Shown piece after piece: positions 17,913-28,913 of a DNA stretch of 64,000 nucleotides (the stretch's first letter is position 1; each line of letters begins with the position of its first letter). The position numbers were made by a program, and so were the translations under genes. Below the pieces are notes generated by a model, which saw only the letters and a list, made by a program, of their open reading frames with translations, had not been told where the DNA came from and ran no database searches. The DNA comes from Endomicrobiales bacterium (GTDB lineage Bacteria > Elusimicrobiota > Endomicrobiia > Endomicrobiales > JALOBY01), in the NCBI GenBank assembly GCA_963796955.1, contig CAWCNJ010000004.1:192001-256000 (forward strand), in the 5' to 3' direction.

Positions 17913-19178
17913 TCACTGCCGTATCTGCCCTGTGCCATGCACGATGTATTTTGTAGTCGTAAGTTCTTTTACGCCCATGGTGCCGCGGGCGTGCAGTTTT
18001 TGCGTAGACGTCCCTATCTCGGCGCCAAGGCCGAAAACGCCGCCGTCGTGCATTCTGGTTGAGGCGTTGTGCAATACGGCCGCAGCGTCCACATCCCGCA
18101 GGAACTCGTCGGCAGCCGCCTGGTCGTTCGTTACTATGGCTTCGGAATGGCCGGAACCGTGCGCGTTTATGTGGTCAATGGCTTCTCTCAGCGAACCGAT
18201 TATTTTTGCCGAGACTATAAGGCCCAGATATTCTTCATCCCAGTCCTTGTCGGTCGCCAGCTTCACGTCCGGCACTATCTTTTTCGTCAGGGCGCAGCCG
18301 CGTACTTCAACGCCGGCATCGAAATATGATTTGCAAAGGTCAGGCATCAGTTTGTTGGCCACCGCTTCATGCACCAGCAGGGATTCCATGGCGTTACAAA
18401 CGCCGGGCCTCTGGCATTTCGCGTTCAAGGCAATGCTTTTTGCCATAGCAAGATCGGCATCTTTATCAATGTAGACGTGGCAAAGTCCTTTGCCGTGGGC
18501 AAGCACCGGAACGGTAGCGTTCTCGCGCACCGCCCGTATCATCTCTGCGCCGCCGCGCGGTATCACCAGGTCTACAAGGGAATCCAGCTTGATCAGATCC
18601 ATTATCGCCTGCCGGTCGGTCGTGGGAATAAATTGAATCGCGCCTTCGGGCATGCCGAACTTGTACCCGGCCTCGGTGATTATTTTCACCAGTATGTGAT
18701 TGGAGTTCACGGCTTCGGAGCCGCCGCGCAGTATTATCGCGTTGCCGGCTTTAAGGCACAGGCCCGCCGCGTCTACGGTCACATTCGGCCTTGATTCGTA
18801 GATCATCGCTATTACGCCAAGCGGCACGCGCACTTGCTGCACGTGAATGCCGGAGGGCGGGGTCCAGTCCTTTATTATCTCGCCTACCGGGTCTTCCTGC
18901 GCGGCTACTTCACGAAGGCCTCTCGCCACATCGTTGAGACGCGCTTCATTGAGCGTCAGGCGGTCGATCAGCGCCTCGCTCATGGATGATTCTTTCGCGG
19001 CTTCAACATCTATCTCATTTTGAAACAGTATCTCGTCTTTTTGTTTTATCAAAGCATCGGCCATGCCTTTAAGAATGGCGGCTTTCTTTTCCGATGAAAG
19101 AATACCCATGTGGCGGCTCGCCGCCTTGGCGTCGGATGCGATCTTGATTATCATTTGATGCAATTCTTTTGTATCCAT
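17913..19178 (-). CDS. proA: Gamma-glutamyl phosphate reductase
   Basis: RVPLGVIAMIYESRPNVT, IPRGG, GLCHVY, CNAMESLLVH, HNASTR..GAEIG.STQKLHARG. Confidence 0.96.
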   Translation of the reverse strand: MDTKELHQMIIKIASDAKAASRHMGILSSEKKAAILKGMADALIKQKDEILFQNEIDVEAAKESSMSEALIDRLTLNEARLNDVARGLREVAAQEDPVGEIIKDWTPPSGIHVQQVRVPLGVIAMIYESRPNVTVDAAGLCLKAGNAIILRGGSEAVNSNHILVKIITEAGYKFGMPEGAIQFIPTTDRQAIMDLIKLDSLVDLVIPRGGAEMIRAVRENATVPVLAHGKGLCHVYIDKDADLAMAKSIALNAKCQRPGVCNAMESLLVHEAVANKLMPDLCKSYFDAGVEVRGCALTKKIVPDVKLATDKDWDEEYLGLIVSAKIIGSLREAIDHINAHGSGHSEAIVTNDQAAADEFLRDVDAAAVLHNASTRMHDGGVFGLGAEIGTSTQKLHARGTMGVKELTTTKYIVHGTGQIRQ

Positions 19179-21091
19179 TAAGCCCCCTTGATCCAATTCA
19201 ATAATCCGCCTGCCAGTAATATTTCTTTCTGCCGCGGCGTCAGGTCGTATATCGCTTTTATTGTCTTAGAACCCGACTTAAGCAGCAGTTTGTTGTTCTT
19301 GGAACTAAAGGCGGCCGGCACATCTCCAAAATCCAGCGTATCGCCGACGGTTATTTTGTCGTAATCAGACTGCTCTTCAAAGGTCAGCGGCAAAATGCCG
19401 AAGTTTATCAGGTTCGCCAGATGTATGCGGGCAAATGATTTTACCAGTACCGCGCGTATACCCAGGTACCGGGGGGCAAGGGCGGCATGTTCGCGCGATG
19501 AACCCTGGCCGTAGTTCTCTCCGCCTACGATAACACCATTGCCGCCTTCCTTTGCCCGTTTCACGAAGTCCTTGTCCACTGCTGTAAAGCAGTATTCAGA
19601 GATCGCAGGTAAATTGGAGCGCAGCGGCAATATCTTCGCTCCTGCCGGCATTATGTGGTCGGTCGTAATATTGTCGCCAACTTTCAGCATGACCGTTGCC
19701 GACAGGTCTTTCTCCATTTTAGGGAACTTTGGCAGCGGCGCGATGTTCGGCCCGCGCAGCACCGCTATCTTCGCCGGTGTTTTTGAAGGCATTTGGAACA
19801 GCTTTTCATCCACAAGAAATGAAACGGGCAGTTTTACTACCGGTTTTTTGCCGAGTTTGTTCGGGTCCGTTATTTTTCCGGTCAGGGCGGCAGCGACCGC
19901 TACTTCCGGCGAGCAGAGGTACACTTGCGCGTTCTTCGTGCCGCTACGGCCTTCGAAGTTGCGGTTGAAGGTACGCAGGCTTACCGCGCCCGTTGAAGGA
20001 GCCTGACCCATGCCGATGCAGGGGCCGCAGGCATTCTCAAGGATACGCGCGCCCGCTGATATCATATCGGCAAGGGCGCCGTTGTCGGCAAGCATGGTGA
20101 CTACCTGTCGCGATCCCGGGGAGATAACCAGGCTTACCATCGGGTCTATCTTTTTGCCTTTAAGCACCTTGGCCACCAGCATCATGTCCGCAAGCGAACT
20201 GTTGGTGCATGAGCCAATGGCTACCTGCTGCACCGGCGTGCCCGCAACCTCGGAAACTTTCTTAACATTGTCGGGGCTGTGCGGCAAAGCTATAAGCGGC
20301 TTAAGAGTGTTAAGGTCGATATCAATGCGTTCGTCGTATGCGGCATTTTTATCGGCAGCCATGGCTGTAAAGTCTTTCGTTCGTTTTTGCATGGTCAGGA
20401 ATTTTTTCGTAGTGACGTCAGAGGGGAACAGGGTAGTTGTTGAACCCAGTTCGGTTCCAAGGTTTGTGATAGTTGCGCGTTCCGGAACGGAAAGAGTTGC
20501 TACGCCGGGCCCTGTAAATTCAAATATTTTTCCGCGCCCGCCTTTTACCGTTAAACGGCGCAGCAGTTCCAGCATAATATCTTTCGCGCTGGTCCAGCCC
20601 TGTAATTTTCCTGTTAAACGTACCTCAACGATGTTCGGCATAGTTATATAGAACGGCTGGCCGGCCATGGCGCATGCCACATCTAACCCGCCCGCTCCAA
20701 AGGCAAGCATGCCGATACCGCCGCCCGTGGGGGTGTGTGAATCCGAACCAATTAATGTTTTGCCCGGTACGCCGAAACGTTCCAGGTGCACCTGGTGGCA
20801 AATGCCGTTCCCGGCGGGGGAAAACCGGATGCCGTATTTGGCCGCGATGCTCTGCAAAAAGCGGTGGTCGTCGGCGTTCTCAAAACCGGATTGTAATGTA
20901 TTATGGTCAACGTAGCTGACGGAAAGTTCAGTTTTAACTTTTGGTATACCCATAGCCTCGAACTGCAAATAGGCCATCGTCCCGGTAGCGTCCTGCGTAA
21001 GCGTCTGGTCAATTTTCAAACCGATCTCGCTGCCAACGTTCATTTCGCCGCTTACCAGGTGCGCTTTAAGTATTTTCTGAGCCAAATTCAT
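19178..21091 (-). CDS. Aconitate hydratase (short single-chain type)
   Basis: QDATG, DHN, GICHQVH, DSHT, IGSCTN, CGPCIG, FNRNFEGR, TTDHIMP, NYGQGSSREHAA. Confidence 0.92.
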   Translation of the reverse strand: MNLAQKILKAHLVSGEMNVGSEIGLKIDQTLTQDATGTMAYLQFEAMGIPKVKTELSVSYVDHNTLQSGFENADDHRFLQSIAAKYGIRFSPAGNGICHQVHLERFGVPGKTLIGSDSHTPTGGGIGMLAFGAGGLDVACAMAGQPFYITMPNIVEVRLTGKLQGWTSAKDIMLELLRRLTVKGGRGKIFEFTGPGVATLSVPERATITNLGTELGSTTTLFPSDVTTKKFLTMQKRTKDFTAMAADKNAAYDERIDIDLNTLKPLIALPHSPDNVKKVSEVAGTPVQQVAIGSCTNSSLADMMLVAKVLKGKKIDPMVSLVISPGSRQVVTMLADNGALADMISAGARILENACGPCIGMGQAPSTGAVSLRTFNRNFEGRSGTKNAQVYLCSPEVAVAAALTGKITDPNKLGKKPVVKLPVSFLVDEKLFQMPSKTPAKIAVLRGPNIAPLPKFPKMEKDLSATVMLKVGDNITTDHIMPAGAKILPLRSNLPAISEYCFTAVDKDFVKRAKEGGNGVIVGGENYGQGSSREHAALAPRYLGIRAVLVKSFARIHLANLINFGILPLTFEEQSDYDKITVGDTLDFGDVPAAFSSKNNKLLLKSGSKTIKAIYDLTPRQKEILLAGGLLNWIKGA

Positions 21092-21134
21092 CCAATTCTC
21101 CTGTGCTTGTCTTATAGTAGGCGCGTTAATTATA

Positions 21135-23727
21135 TCATTTTTGCTTAGTTGAGAATACCATCTGGTTTTCTCTTACGTCGGCGACAACGGTTGAGCCTTC
21201 TTTGATATCGCCTGAAAGCAGTTTTTGGGATAGCGGGTCCAGTAAACTGCGCTGCAGGGCTCTTTTGAGCGGGCGGGCGCCGTATACCGGATCATAACCC
21301 TCTTTTGCCAGAAAGTTATGGGCGTTCTTTGTAAGTTCCAGATGTATCTTTTTGTGGTCAAGCCTGGTTTGCACCAGCGCCAGCTGTATGTCTATAATGT
21401 GCTGTAATTGTTCGGCGCCAAGGCGGCCGAAGATAACTTATATCATCGATCCTGTTCAGAAATTCCGGTTTGAATTGCGCCTGCAATGCCGCCATGACCT
21501 GTTTTCTCATCTCTTCCGGTTTTGTGGTTTCCAGAATATATGATGAACCGACGTTGGAGGTCATGATAATAACGGTGTTCTTAAAATCAACGGTGCGACC
21601 CTGGCTGTCGGTAAGCCTGCCTTCCTCAAGAATCTGAAGGAAAATATTAAAGACATCGGGGTGAGCTTTTTCTACTTCATCAAAAAGCAGCACGGCGTAG
21701 GGGCGGCGGCGCACGGCCTCCGTTAACTGGCCGCCTTCCTCAAAGCCGACATAGCCCGGGGGCGCGCCGATAAGGCGGGCGACGGCGTGCTTTTCCATAT
21801 ACTCGCTCATGTCGATGCGCACCAGGTTCTTTTCATCGTCGAAAAGGAATTGTGCCAGCGCCTTGGCGAGTTCTGTTTTACCGACACCGGTGGGGCCCAT
21901 AAATATGAATGAACCGATAGGCCGGTTCGGATCGGAAAGGCCCGAGCGGGACCTTCGCACCGCGTTGGCCACGGCATTTATCGCTTCCTCCTGGCCGACA
22001 ACACGCTCTCTCAGTCGTTCTTCCATCTTAAGCAGCTTAGCCGTCTCGCCTTCCATCATGCGCGACAGCGGTATTCCTGTCCACTTACTTACAACTTCCG
22101 CTATATCCTCGTCGGAAACCTCTTCTTTAAGCATGCGGGTATCTTTTTGAAGGGTCTCGAGTTTTGTATTAGCATCGTCCATGGCTTTTTGGGCCTGCGG
22201 TATTTTGCCGTAGCGGATCTCAGAAACAGCGTTAAGGTCTCCGCCACGCTCGGCTTTCTGTTCTTCAAGCTTCAGGTTTTCCAGCTCTCCTTTCATCTTC
22301 CTTATTTTGCCTATGGCCTCTTTTTCTTTAAGCCAGTGTTTTTTCATCACGGCGGAGCGATCTGTTAAGCCTTTCAGCTCGTCTTCTATTTTTGCAAGGC
22401 GTTCTTTTGAGATCGCGTCCGATTCTTTTTTCACGGCCTGGCGCTCTATCTCCAGCTGCATTATCTTGCGTTCCACTTCGTCCAGCTCCAGCGGCATGGA
22501 GTCTATCTCTATGCGCAGGCGGCTGGCGGCCTCGTCGATAAGATCAATAGCCTTGTCCGGCAGGAACCGGTCTGCGATATAGCGGTGGCTCAGGGTTGCT
22601 GCGGCTACCAGCGCAGAATCTTTAATGCGCACGCCGTGATGGACCTCGTAGCGTTCCTTCAAGCCGCGCAATATCGCTATGGTGTCGTTCACCGTCGGTT
22701 CGCCGACGTATATAGTCTGGAATCTGCGTTCAAGTGCCGCGTCTTTCTCAATGTGTTTGTGGTATTCATCAAGCGTGGTCGCGCCCACCATGCGCAGTTC
22801 GCCGCGCGCCAGCATGGGCTTAAGCATATTGGCGGCATCTACCGCGCCTTCGGCGGCGCCAGCCCCCACGATAGTGTGCAGTTCGTCGATGAAAAGTATT
22901 ATACTGCCGCCGGCCGCCTGTATTTCTTTTAACACCGCTTTAAGACGATCTTCAAATTCGCCGCGGTATTTGGCGCCGGCTACCAGCGCTCCCATATCCA
23001 GAGAGATAACTTTCTTATCTTTAAGCGTTTCCGGAATATCACCCGATATTATCCGTTGCGCAAGGCCTTCAACGATCGCTGTTTTGCCGACGCCCGGCTC
23101 GCCTATCAGCACCGGGTTGTTCTTGGTCCGGCGGCTGAGCACCTGAATAGTACGCCGTATTTCATCGTCGCGGCCGATGACCGGGTCAAGCTTGCCTTTG
23201 CGGGCAAGGTCGGTAAGGTCGCGGCTGTATTTTTCTATAGCCTGATATTTCTGTTCCGCATTCTGGTCGGTAATACGCTGGCTGCCGCGAATTTCCTGCA
23301 GCGCCTCCAGCACCGCCTGCTTAGTTATGCCGGCCTGTTTTAAAATGGCGGCCGCGTACGTAGTGCCTTCTTCTATAATGCCCAGCAGCAGGTGCTCGGT
23401 GGCAACGAACTCATCCTTCAGCTCCGTCGCTTCTTTTTGTGCCTGGGAAAAAATAGTGTTGGTGGTGTTCGAAACATAGAACTGGCCGCCGCTGACCGTT
23501 GCCCGTTTAGCAAGGTCCTGCTGCAGCAACGCGGTAAGTTTTTCCGGTGTCTGCGGGGAGAGGGTGGGTATCTTTCCCAGCAGCGGGGCCACGACGCCCT
23601 CATCCTGTTTCAGCAGCGCACTGAGTAGATGTTCCGCCGTAAGTTCCTGGTGGTGGTAACCTCCGGCGATATCCTGGGCTTCGGCAATGGCTTCCTGGGC
23701 CTTTATGGTGAATTTATTGAGGTTCAT
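21135..23727 (-). CDS. clpB: Chaperone ClpB, with one frameshift at ~21438
   Basis: Two AAA+ modules ([16 protein letters not shown]) and coiled-coil M domain; removing one A after LNRIDDI restores [20 protein letters not shown]. Confidence 0.93.
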
Positions 23728-23755
23728 AATATTCTCCGTCACTAAAATGTTATAA

Positions 23756-23809
23756 TTGGCACTCACATACCACGAGTGCTATTTTAGCACAGCAGCTCTA
23801 TTTTGTCAA
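23756..23809 (-). promoter_or_regulatory. clpB promoter with CIRCE (HrcA operator)
   Basis: Minus strand TTGACA(23809-23804)-17 nt-TAAAAT(23786-23781), then ATAGCACTC-N9-GAGTGCCAA (23782-23756). Confidence 0.88.
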
Positions 23810-23824
23810 GAGTTCGGCAGGGGT

Positions 23825-24574
23825 TCAGGAAGGTTTTACAGGGATGACAAGGGCGGTATATTTTTTTACCAGGTCTATCAGCGTGCCCGGATCAAAGGGT
23901 TTTTGAAGACAGAGATAGCCGCCTTTGTTGACTATGTTGGCGGTATTCTGGTCGCTCTCTGCGCCATTCATCATGACGACGCTGGTGTCAGGATTGATAT
24001 TTTTGATCTGCTGGTAAAGTTCCAGGCCGTTGACATCCGGCAGCTTCATGTTCAGCAATATAACTTTGTATTGGTCGCCTTTCATTTCATTAATAGCCTG
24101 CGCGCCAGTCGGCGCGGTTTTCACCGCGAACCCGTTGCCCCCGAGTATCTTCGACAATGATTCGGCGAAGCGCACATCGTCATCAACTATTAAAATAGCA
24201 TTTTTGTTCTTCAGGTTCTTTATGGTCTCTATAATGTTCTCAATGTTTACCGGTTTGCTCATGCAGGCATAGGCGCCTTCACGCAGCGCTTTTTTGATCA
24301 ACTCTTCTTCGGCGAACGCGGTCATCATGAAAACTACGGTTGTGGGGCTGGATTGTTTTATATGCATGAACAGATCAACGCCGTTCATTCCCGGCATGCG
24401 GATGTCAAGAAATGCGATATTGAAGGTTGTCGTTTTGGCTGCCTCTACCGCCTTCAGGGGATCACCAAAACTGGTAACGGTATAGCCTTCCATCTCGAAG
24501 ATGCCCGCCATCGTCTCGCGCATGGATTCCTGATCATCTACCACCAGAATGTGTATGGAGCTGTTGTCGGTCAT
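23825..24574 (-). CDS. Response regulator with two tandem receiver domains
   Basis: ILVVDD..FLDIRMPGMNG..MTAF..KP, then ILIVDDD..LLNMKLPDVNG..KPF. Confidence 0.88.
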   Translation of the reverse strand: MTDNSSIHILVVDDQESMRETMAGIFEMEGYTVTSFGDPLKAVEAAKTTTFNIAFLDIRMPGMNGVDLFMHIKQSSPTTVVFMMTAFAEEELIKKALREGAYACMSKPVNIENIIETIKNLKNKNAILIVDDDVRFAESLSKILGGNGFAVKTAPTGAQAINEMKGDQYKVILLNMKLPDVNGLELYQQIKNINPDTSVVMMNGAESDQNTANIVNKGGYLCLQKPFDPGTLIDLVKKYTALVIPVKPS

Positions 24575-24595
24575 GTGGTTCCTCGCAGGGCAAAA

Positions 24596-25309
24596 TTATG
24601 GGAGCGTTTCCTCGAACTCTTTTTCTACCGCCTCTTTCTGATCTGCCAGCGGGTCCGTCGAATTTTTTATGCCGTCGCACGATTCCAGCAGGGCGACGCG
24701 CTTTTCCAGTTCCTTCTGTTCCTTCAGGACCAGCCGTATCGCATCGGCCACAGGGTCGGGCAGGTTCGCGTGCTGCAACAGGTCTGACCCTTTGACGTTA
24801 TTCTTAATGCCAACCCGGGCCGGTATGCCGACGGCAGTTGAGTGCGGCGGCACGTTATGCAACACGACCGAGCCCGCCCCGACTTTTGAATGTTCGCCCA
24901 GCGTTATCGCGCCCAGCACCACCGCGTTCGTGCCCACGATAACATGGTCGCCCAGCGTCGGGTGGCGTTTTTTCTTTTCGGACGATGTTCCGCCAAGGAC
25001 CACGCCTTTGTAGAGCAGCACATCATCGCCTATTTCCGCTGTCTCGCCGATAACCACGCCCATGCCGTGATCAATAAAGAACCTGCGCCCGATAGTGGCG
25101 CCCGGGTGTATCTCTATACCGGTTAAAAAACGGCCCAGATGCGAGACCATTCTTGCTAACAAAAAAAGTTTTTTCCCATAGAGCCAGTGCGCTATACGGT
25201 GTGCCCACAAGGCATGAAGCCCCGGGTAGCAGGTCAGCACTTCTAAATAGGAGCGTGCCGCCGGATCTCTATGGAACACATTATTAATATCTTCAATTAT
25301 ATTCAGCAT
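24596..25309 (-). CDS. cysE: Serine O-acetyltransferase
   Basis: [47 protein letters not shown]. Confidence 0.95.
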   Translation of the reverse strand: MLNIIEDINNVFHRDPAARSYLEVLTCYPGLHALWAHRIAHWLYGKKLFLLARMVSHLGRFLTGIEIHPGATIGRRFFIDHGMGVVIGETAEIGDDVLLYKGVVLGGTSSEKKKRHPTLGDHVIVGTNAVVLGAITLGEHSKVGAGSVVLHNVPPHSTAVGIPARVGIKNNVKGSDLLQHANLPDPVADAIRLVLKEQKELEKRVALLESCDGIKNSTDPLADQKEAVEKEFEETLP

Positions 25310-25391
25310 ACCCAGAGTTTAATACATATTAACTATATTTTCAACAGGTGCTATTGCGTTATGGGATAAAAGTTGCTATATTCCTTCTAAT

Positions 25392-27410
25392 ATGGTTAAC
25401 CAAGACGACAGTTGCGGCATAAAGAGCTCGCGTTTTGCGCGGCTGAAAGATCTGATAATCGGCAAGTCCCATAATCCGTACGACTCTTCTCTGTACGAGA
25501 AACTCTCCCTTATCGCCTTCTTTGCCTGGGTAGGTCTTGGCGCCGACGGCCTGTCCTCGTGTTGTTACGGCCCCTCCGAAGCTTTCGCGGCGCTCGGCAG
25601 CCATATCTATTTAAGCATATTCGTCGCACTAGGTTCCGCCGTTACTATCCTGGTCATCTCTGCCAGCTATTCCCAGATCATTGAGCTTTTTCCCCATGGC
25701 GGCGGCGGTTATGTGGTTGCCAGTAAGCTGCTGACCCCGGAGCTCGGCATGATCTCCGGCTGCGCCCTGATGATAGACTACGTACTTACGATCACGGTTT
25801 CCATTGCCAGCGGCGCCGACGCTATTTTCAGTTTTCTGCCCATGTGGATGCTTTCGATAAAAATGGAATTCGCCATCTGCATACTGCTGGTGTTGATAGT
25901 GCTTAATCTGCGCGGTGTCAAAGAATCGGTTTTACCGCTGGTGCCCATATTCCTTACTTTTATCGCGGCGCATGTGTTCATCGTAATTTACGCGCTCTTC
26001 ACCCACGCCGGTTCGTCGGTCGCTATTACCCATTCTATTGCTAATGATATCCGCGTCTCCCACTCGCAAATAGGTTTATGGGGAATGTTCATAATCCTGC
26101 TGCGTTCCTACAGCATGGGCGCGGGAACCTATACCGGTATAGAGGCCGTCAGCAACGGCATGCCGGCGCTGAGGGAACCGCGTGTTAAGACCGCCAAACG
26201 CACTATGCAGTATATGGCATTTTCTCTCACGTTCATGGTGTTGGGCTTGATGCTTGCCTACCTGTTCTACAATGTAAGCCCTCAGGTAGGAAAGACCCTG
26301 AATGCCGTCTTGTTCGAAAAAGTAACTACCGGCTGGGGCGGGTGGGGGCGAACCCTGGTGCTGGTCGCCCTTATTTCAGAGGCGGTTCTTCTTTTTGTCG
26401 CCGCGCAGACGGGTTTTTTAGGCGGGCCCATGGTGTTGTCCAGTATGTCTTTGGACCGCTGGTTCCCTACCAGGTTCGCCATGTTGTCCGATCGTTTTGT
26501 CAATCAAAACGGGGTGATAATTATGGGCCTTGCGGCCCTGGTGGTGCTGGTGGCAACCCGCGGCTCGGTTACCTTTCTGGTGGTTCTCTACTCCATCAAT
26601 GTGTTCATCACGTTCTCGCTCTCACAACTGGGTATGGTGCGGCATTGGTGGTCCGTGCGGTCTAAAGAGAAAGGTTGGAAAAAGCGCATTATCATCAACG
26701 GCGTCGGCTTGCTGATGACAACCTTCATACTGATATCCATGGTCGTGATAAAATTTGACGAAGGCGGCTGGATAACCCTGCTTATTACCGGCGCCTTGAT
26801 AGGTATCTCGGTTTTTATAAAGAACCATTATTTCAAGACCGCCAAGCTGCTGCGCCGTCTCAATTCGCTGGTGACGGCGGTCGGACCCATACCGGGCACG
26901 AATGCGGAAGGGGACGTAACCGAGATCCCGCAGCCCAAAAGTGAATTTGACGCCAATTCTAAAACGGCCATCCTGCTGGTCAGCGGTTTTAACGGCTTGG
27001 GGCTGCATACGTTGTTCGCGCTGATCAGGCTTTTCGGTGCAACCTTCAAGAACATCATCTTCGTACAAGTCGGTGTTATAGATTCCGGCAATTTTAAGGG
27101 CGAAGAAGAGGTGTGCCGCCTTGAACAGGAAGTCAACGACGACATTGCAAAATATGTTAATTACTGCCGCTCGCAGGGCTTTCTTTCCGACGGTATAGCG
27201 CTGATAGGGACGGGTGTTGCCGACGAGGTAGATAAACTCATGCCGCGCATACAGGAACAATTCCCCAACGCGGTATTTTTCGGCGGCCAGCTGGTGTTCC
27301 CGGAAGAAACCTACATTACCCGCTTGTTGCATAACTATACGGTTTTCGCTTTGCAGAGAAAGTTTTACGCGCAGGGCATACCGTTCGTGATGCTGCCCAT
27401 ACGTGTCTGA
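25392..27410 (+). CDS. APC-superfamily permease, KimA/YdaO-like
   Basis: GADGLSS..YGP.EAF, SY.QII..FP.GGGGY, DYVLTITVS, TGIEAVSNG; ~12 TM plus cytoplasmic C-domain. Confidence 0.85.
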   Translation: MVNQDDSCGIKSSRFARLKDLIIGKSHNPYDSSLYEKLSLIAFFAWVGLGADGLSSCCYGPSEAFAALGSHIYLSIFVALGSAVTILVISASYSQIIELFPHGGGGYVVASKLLTPELGMISGCALMIDYVLTITVSIASGADAIFSFLPMWMLSIKMEFAICILLVLIVLNLRGVKESVLPLVPIFLTFIAAHVFIVIYALFTHAGSSVAITHSIANDIRVSHSQIGLWGMFIILLRSYSMGAGTYTGIEAVSNGMPALREPRVKTAKRTMQYMAFSLTFMVLGLMLAYLFYNVSPQVGKTLNAVLFEKVTTGWGGWGRTLVLVALISEAVLLFVAAQTGFLGGPMVLSSMSLDRWFPTRFAMLSDRFVNQNGVIIMGLAALVVLVATRGSVTFLVVLYSINVFITFSLSQLGMVRHWWSVRSKEKGWKKRIIINGVGLLMTTFILISMVVIKFDEGGWITLLITGALIGISVFIKNHYFKTAKLLRRLNSLVTAVGPIPGTNAEGDVTEIPQPKSEFDANSKTAILLVSGFNGLGLHTLFALIRLFGATFKNIIFVQVGVIDSGNFKGEEEVCRLEQEVNDDIAKYVNYCRSQGFLSDGIALIGTGVADEVDKLMPRIQEQFPNAVFFGGQLVFPEETYITRLLHNYTVFALQRKFYAQGIPFVMLPIRV

Positions 27411-27496
27411 TCTTTACACAAAACCGTTGTAAATTCAGTGTTAAGTGGTATAATACTAGTGTTCGATGCCAGTGTCCCATGCAGAGGAGACCGATC

Positions 27497-28771
27497 ATGT
27501 GCCCGTCATTGCTGATCCGTAAAATTGGGAGTTGCGCTCTTTTTGTTGTTCTGATCTCCGCCGCGTGCGGGTGGGCGCGGGAAGACGCGTACACGACCCT
27601 GGCAACTGAACTTTCTACCGTATCTGAAACCATTCAAAATCCCAAGATCGCTATTATCCCTTTTACCTATGTGGACAAACGCCAGTCTCCGGCGGGAATT
27701 GTCATCTCCGAGCGCCTTACCACCAGAATGGTCAGGCTGAAAAAATGCACGATCGTGGAACGCCAGATGCTTGAAGATGTTATGAAGGAACTTCACCTTG
27801 AAGCGACGGGCGTCATAGACGCTGCCCACACCAAAGAGATCGGCAAGATGCTGGGCGTTGACGCCATTATTTCCGGCTCGCTGATGGATATTTCCGACAA
27901 CCGCGTTGAGGTTAACGCACGGGTGGTAAAGACCGAGACCGCGGAGGTCGTGACCACTTCTTCCGTCGACCTTGACCGTGATTGGGAGAATACCCAGGGG
28001 CAGGCGCCGCAACCGGAATACCAGCAGGCGGTCTACAAAAAGAGCGAGGCAGCCGAAGTATCCGAGACTTATTCTGCACCAGTGCGCTCTTCGCGTCCGT
28101 CGCCGGTTGACGGTTTCTTCGATATTTTTACGGGCGGCGGCAGCGGCACAATAGACCTGACACTGTCAAATAGCGCTTCTCCTTTGACCACCGCGAACAT
28201 CGGCTTTAACCTGCCGGCTCCCACGTATTCGCTCAAACTAACCGGCGTAAAAACCGAGGCCGGCTCTCCTCCTCTGATAGGTTTGCGCGTGGGCGGTTTC
28301 GGGAAATATTTTGGCGGAGACTTGGAAATGTCGTACTATACTCAGCACATCGCTATCCAATCGAATTCGTCATATTATTTTACGAAAGACGATTATTTGA
28401 CGGTGGGGGTATTCAATTTGCTGACCGGCGATATCTTTCTGCGGTATCCCGGTAAATACTTACAGCCTTATGTCGGCATGGGTTTTGGTATGACATTGAA
28501 CTCTGTAACATCGCCGTATATGTACGGCTATAATGGCTCCTCTACGTACACGCGTGGCATGAACGATATAGGTATCGGCTTCACGTTCAGAACACCGATA
28601 GGGATCAGGCTTATGCTCGGTGATTTCGGCTGCGTGTTCCTTGAAACCCGCCCCACCAAGAATACCTTCACTTTTGACCGGGGCATAAATAATGAAAAAG
28701 ATACCGTTTCAATGGATACGACCTTTACCATTATAGGCTACTCGGCCAGATTTGGCACTCCTTCCCGTTAA
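27497..28771 (+). CDS. FlgO/CsgG-like periplasmic domain fused to an outer-membrane beta-barrel
   Basis: KIAIIPF..SERLTT..IVERQ..IGKMLGVDAIISGS..NARVV.TET; C-terminal amphipathic strands (QPYVGMGFG); GAGGAG RBS. Confidence 0.65.
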   Translation: MCPSLLIRKIGSCALFVVLISAACGWAREDAYTTLATELSTVSETIQNPKIAIIPFTYVDKRQSPAGIVISERLTTRMVRLKKCTIVERQMLEDVMKELHLEATGVIDAAHTKEIGKMLGVDAIISGSLMDISDNRVEVNARVVKTETAEVVTTSSVDLDRDWENTQGQAPQPEYQQAVYKKSEAAEVSETYSAPVRSSRPSPVDGFFDIFTGGGSGTIDLTLSNSASPLTTANIGFNLPAPTYSLKLTGVKTEAGSPPLIGLRVGGFGKYFGGDLEMSYYTQHIAIQSNSSYYFTKDDYLTVGVFNLLTGDIFLRYPGKYLQPYVGMGFGMTLNSVTSPYMYGYNGSSTYTRGMNDIGIGFTFRTPIGIRLMLGDFGCVFLETRPTKNTFTFDRGINNEKDTVSMDTTFTIIGYSARFGTPSR

Positions 28772-28792
28772 AAAGATAGTAAACTAAAAATT

Positions 28793-28827
28793 AAAACCAC
28801 TCTGTCAAAAGACGGGGTGGTTTTTTT
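28793..28827 (+). terminator. Rho-independent terminator
   Basis: AAAACCACTCTGTC-AAAA-GACGGGGTGGTTTTTTT. Confidence 0.8.
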
Positions 28828-28913
28828 ATCAGTGATAACGGGACGCCGGATAATCGCAAGGTTGGGAACATTTAGTAAACTATACTTACGAATATAGTGC
28901 CAAAGGAGGAATT

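Noticed and set aside
25310..25391. c-di-AMP (ydaO) riboswitch upstream of the KimA-like permease
   Set aside because: The 82-bp gap is filled by two divergent promoters, leaving no room for the aptamer.
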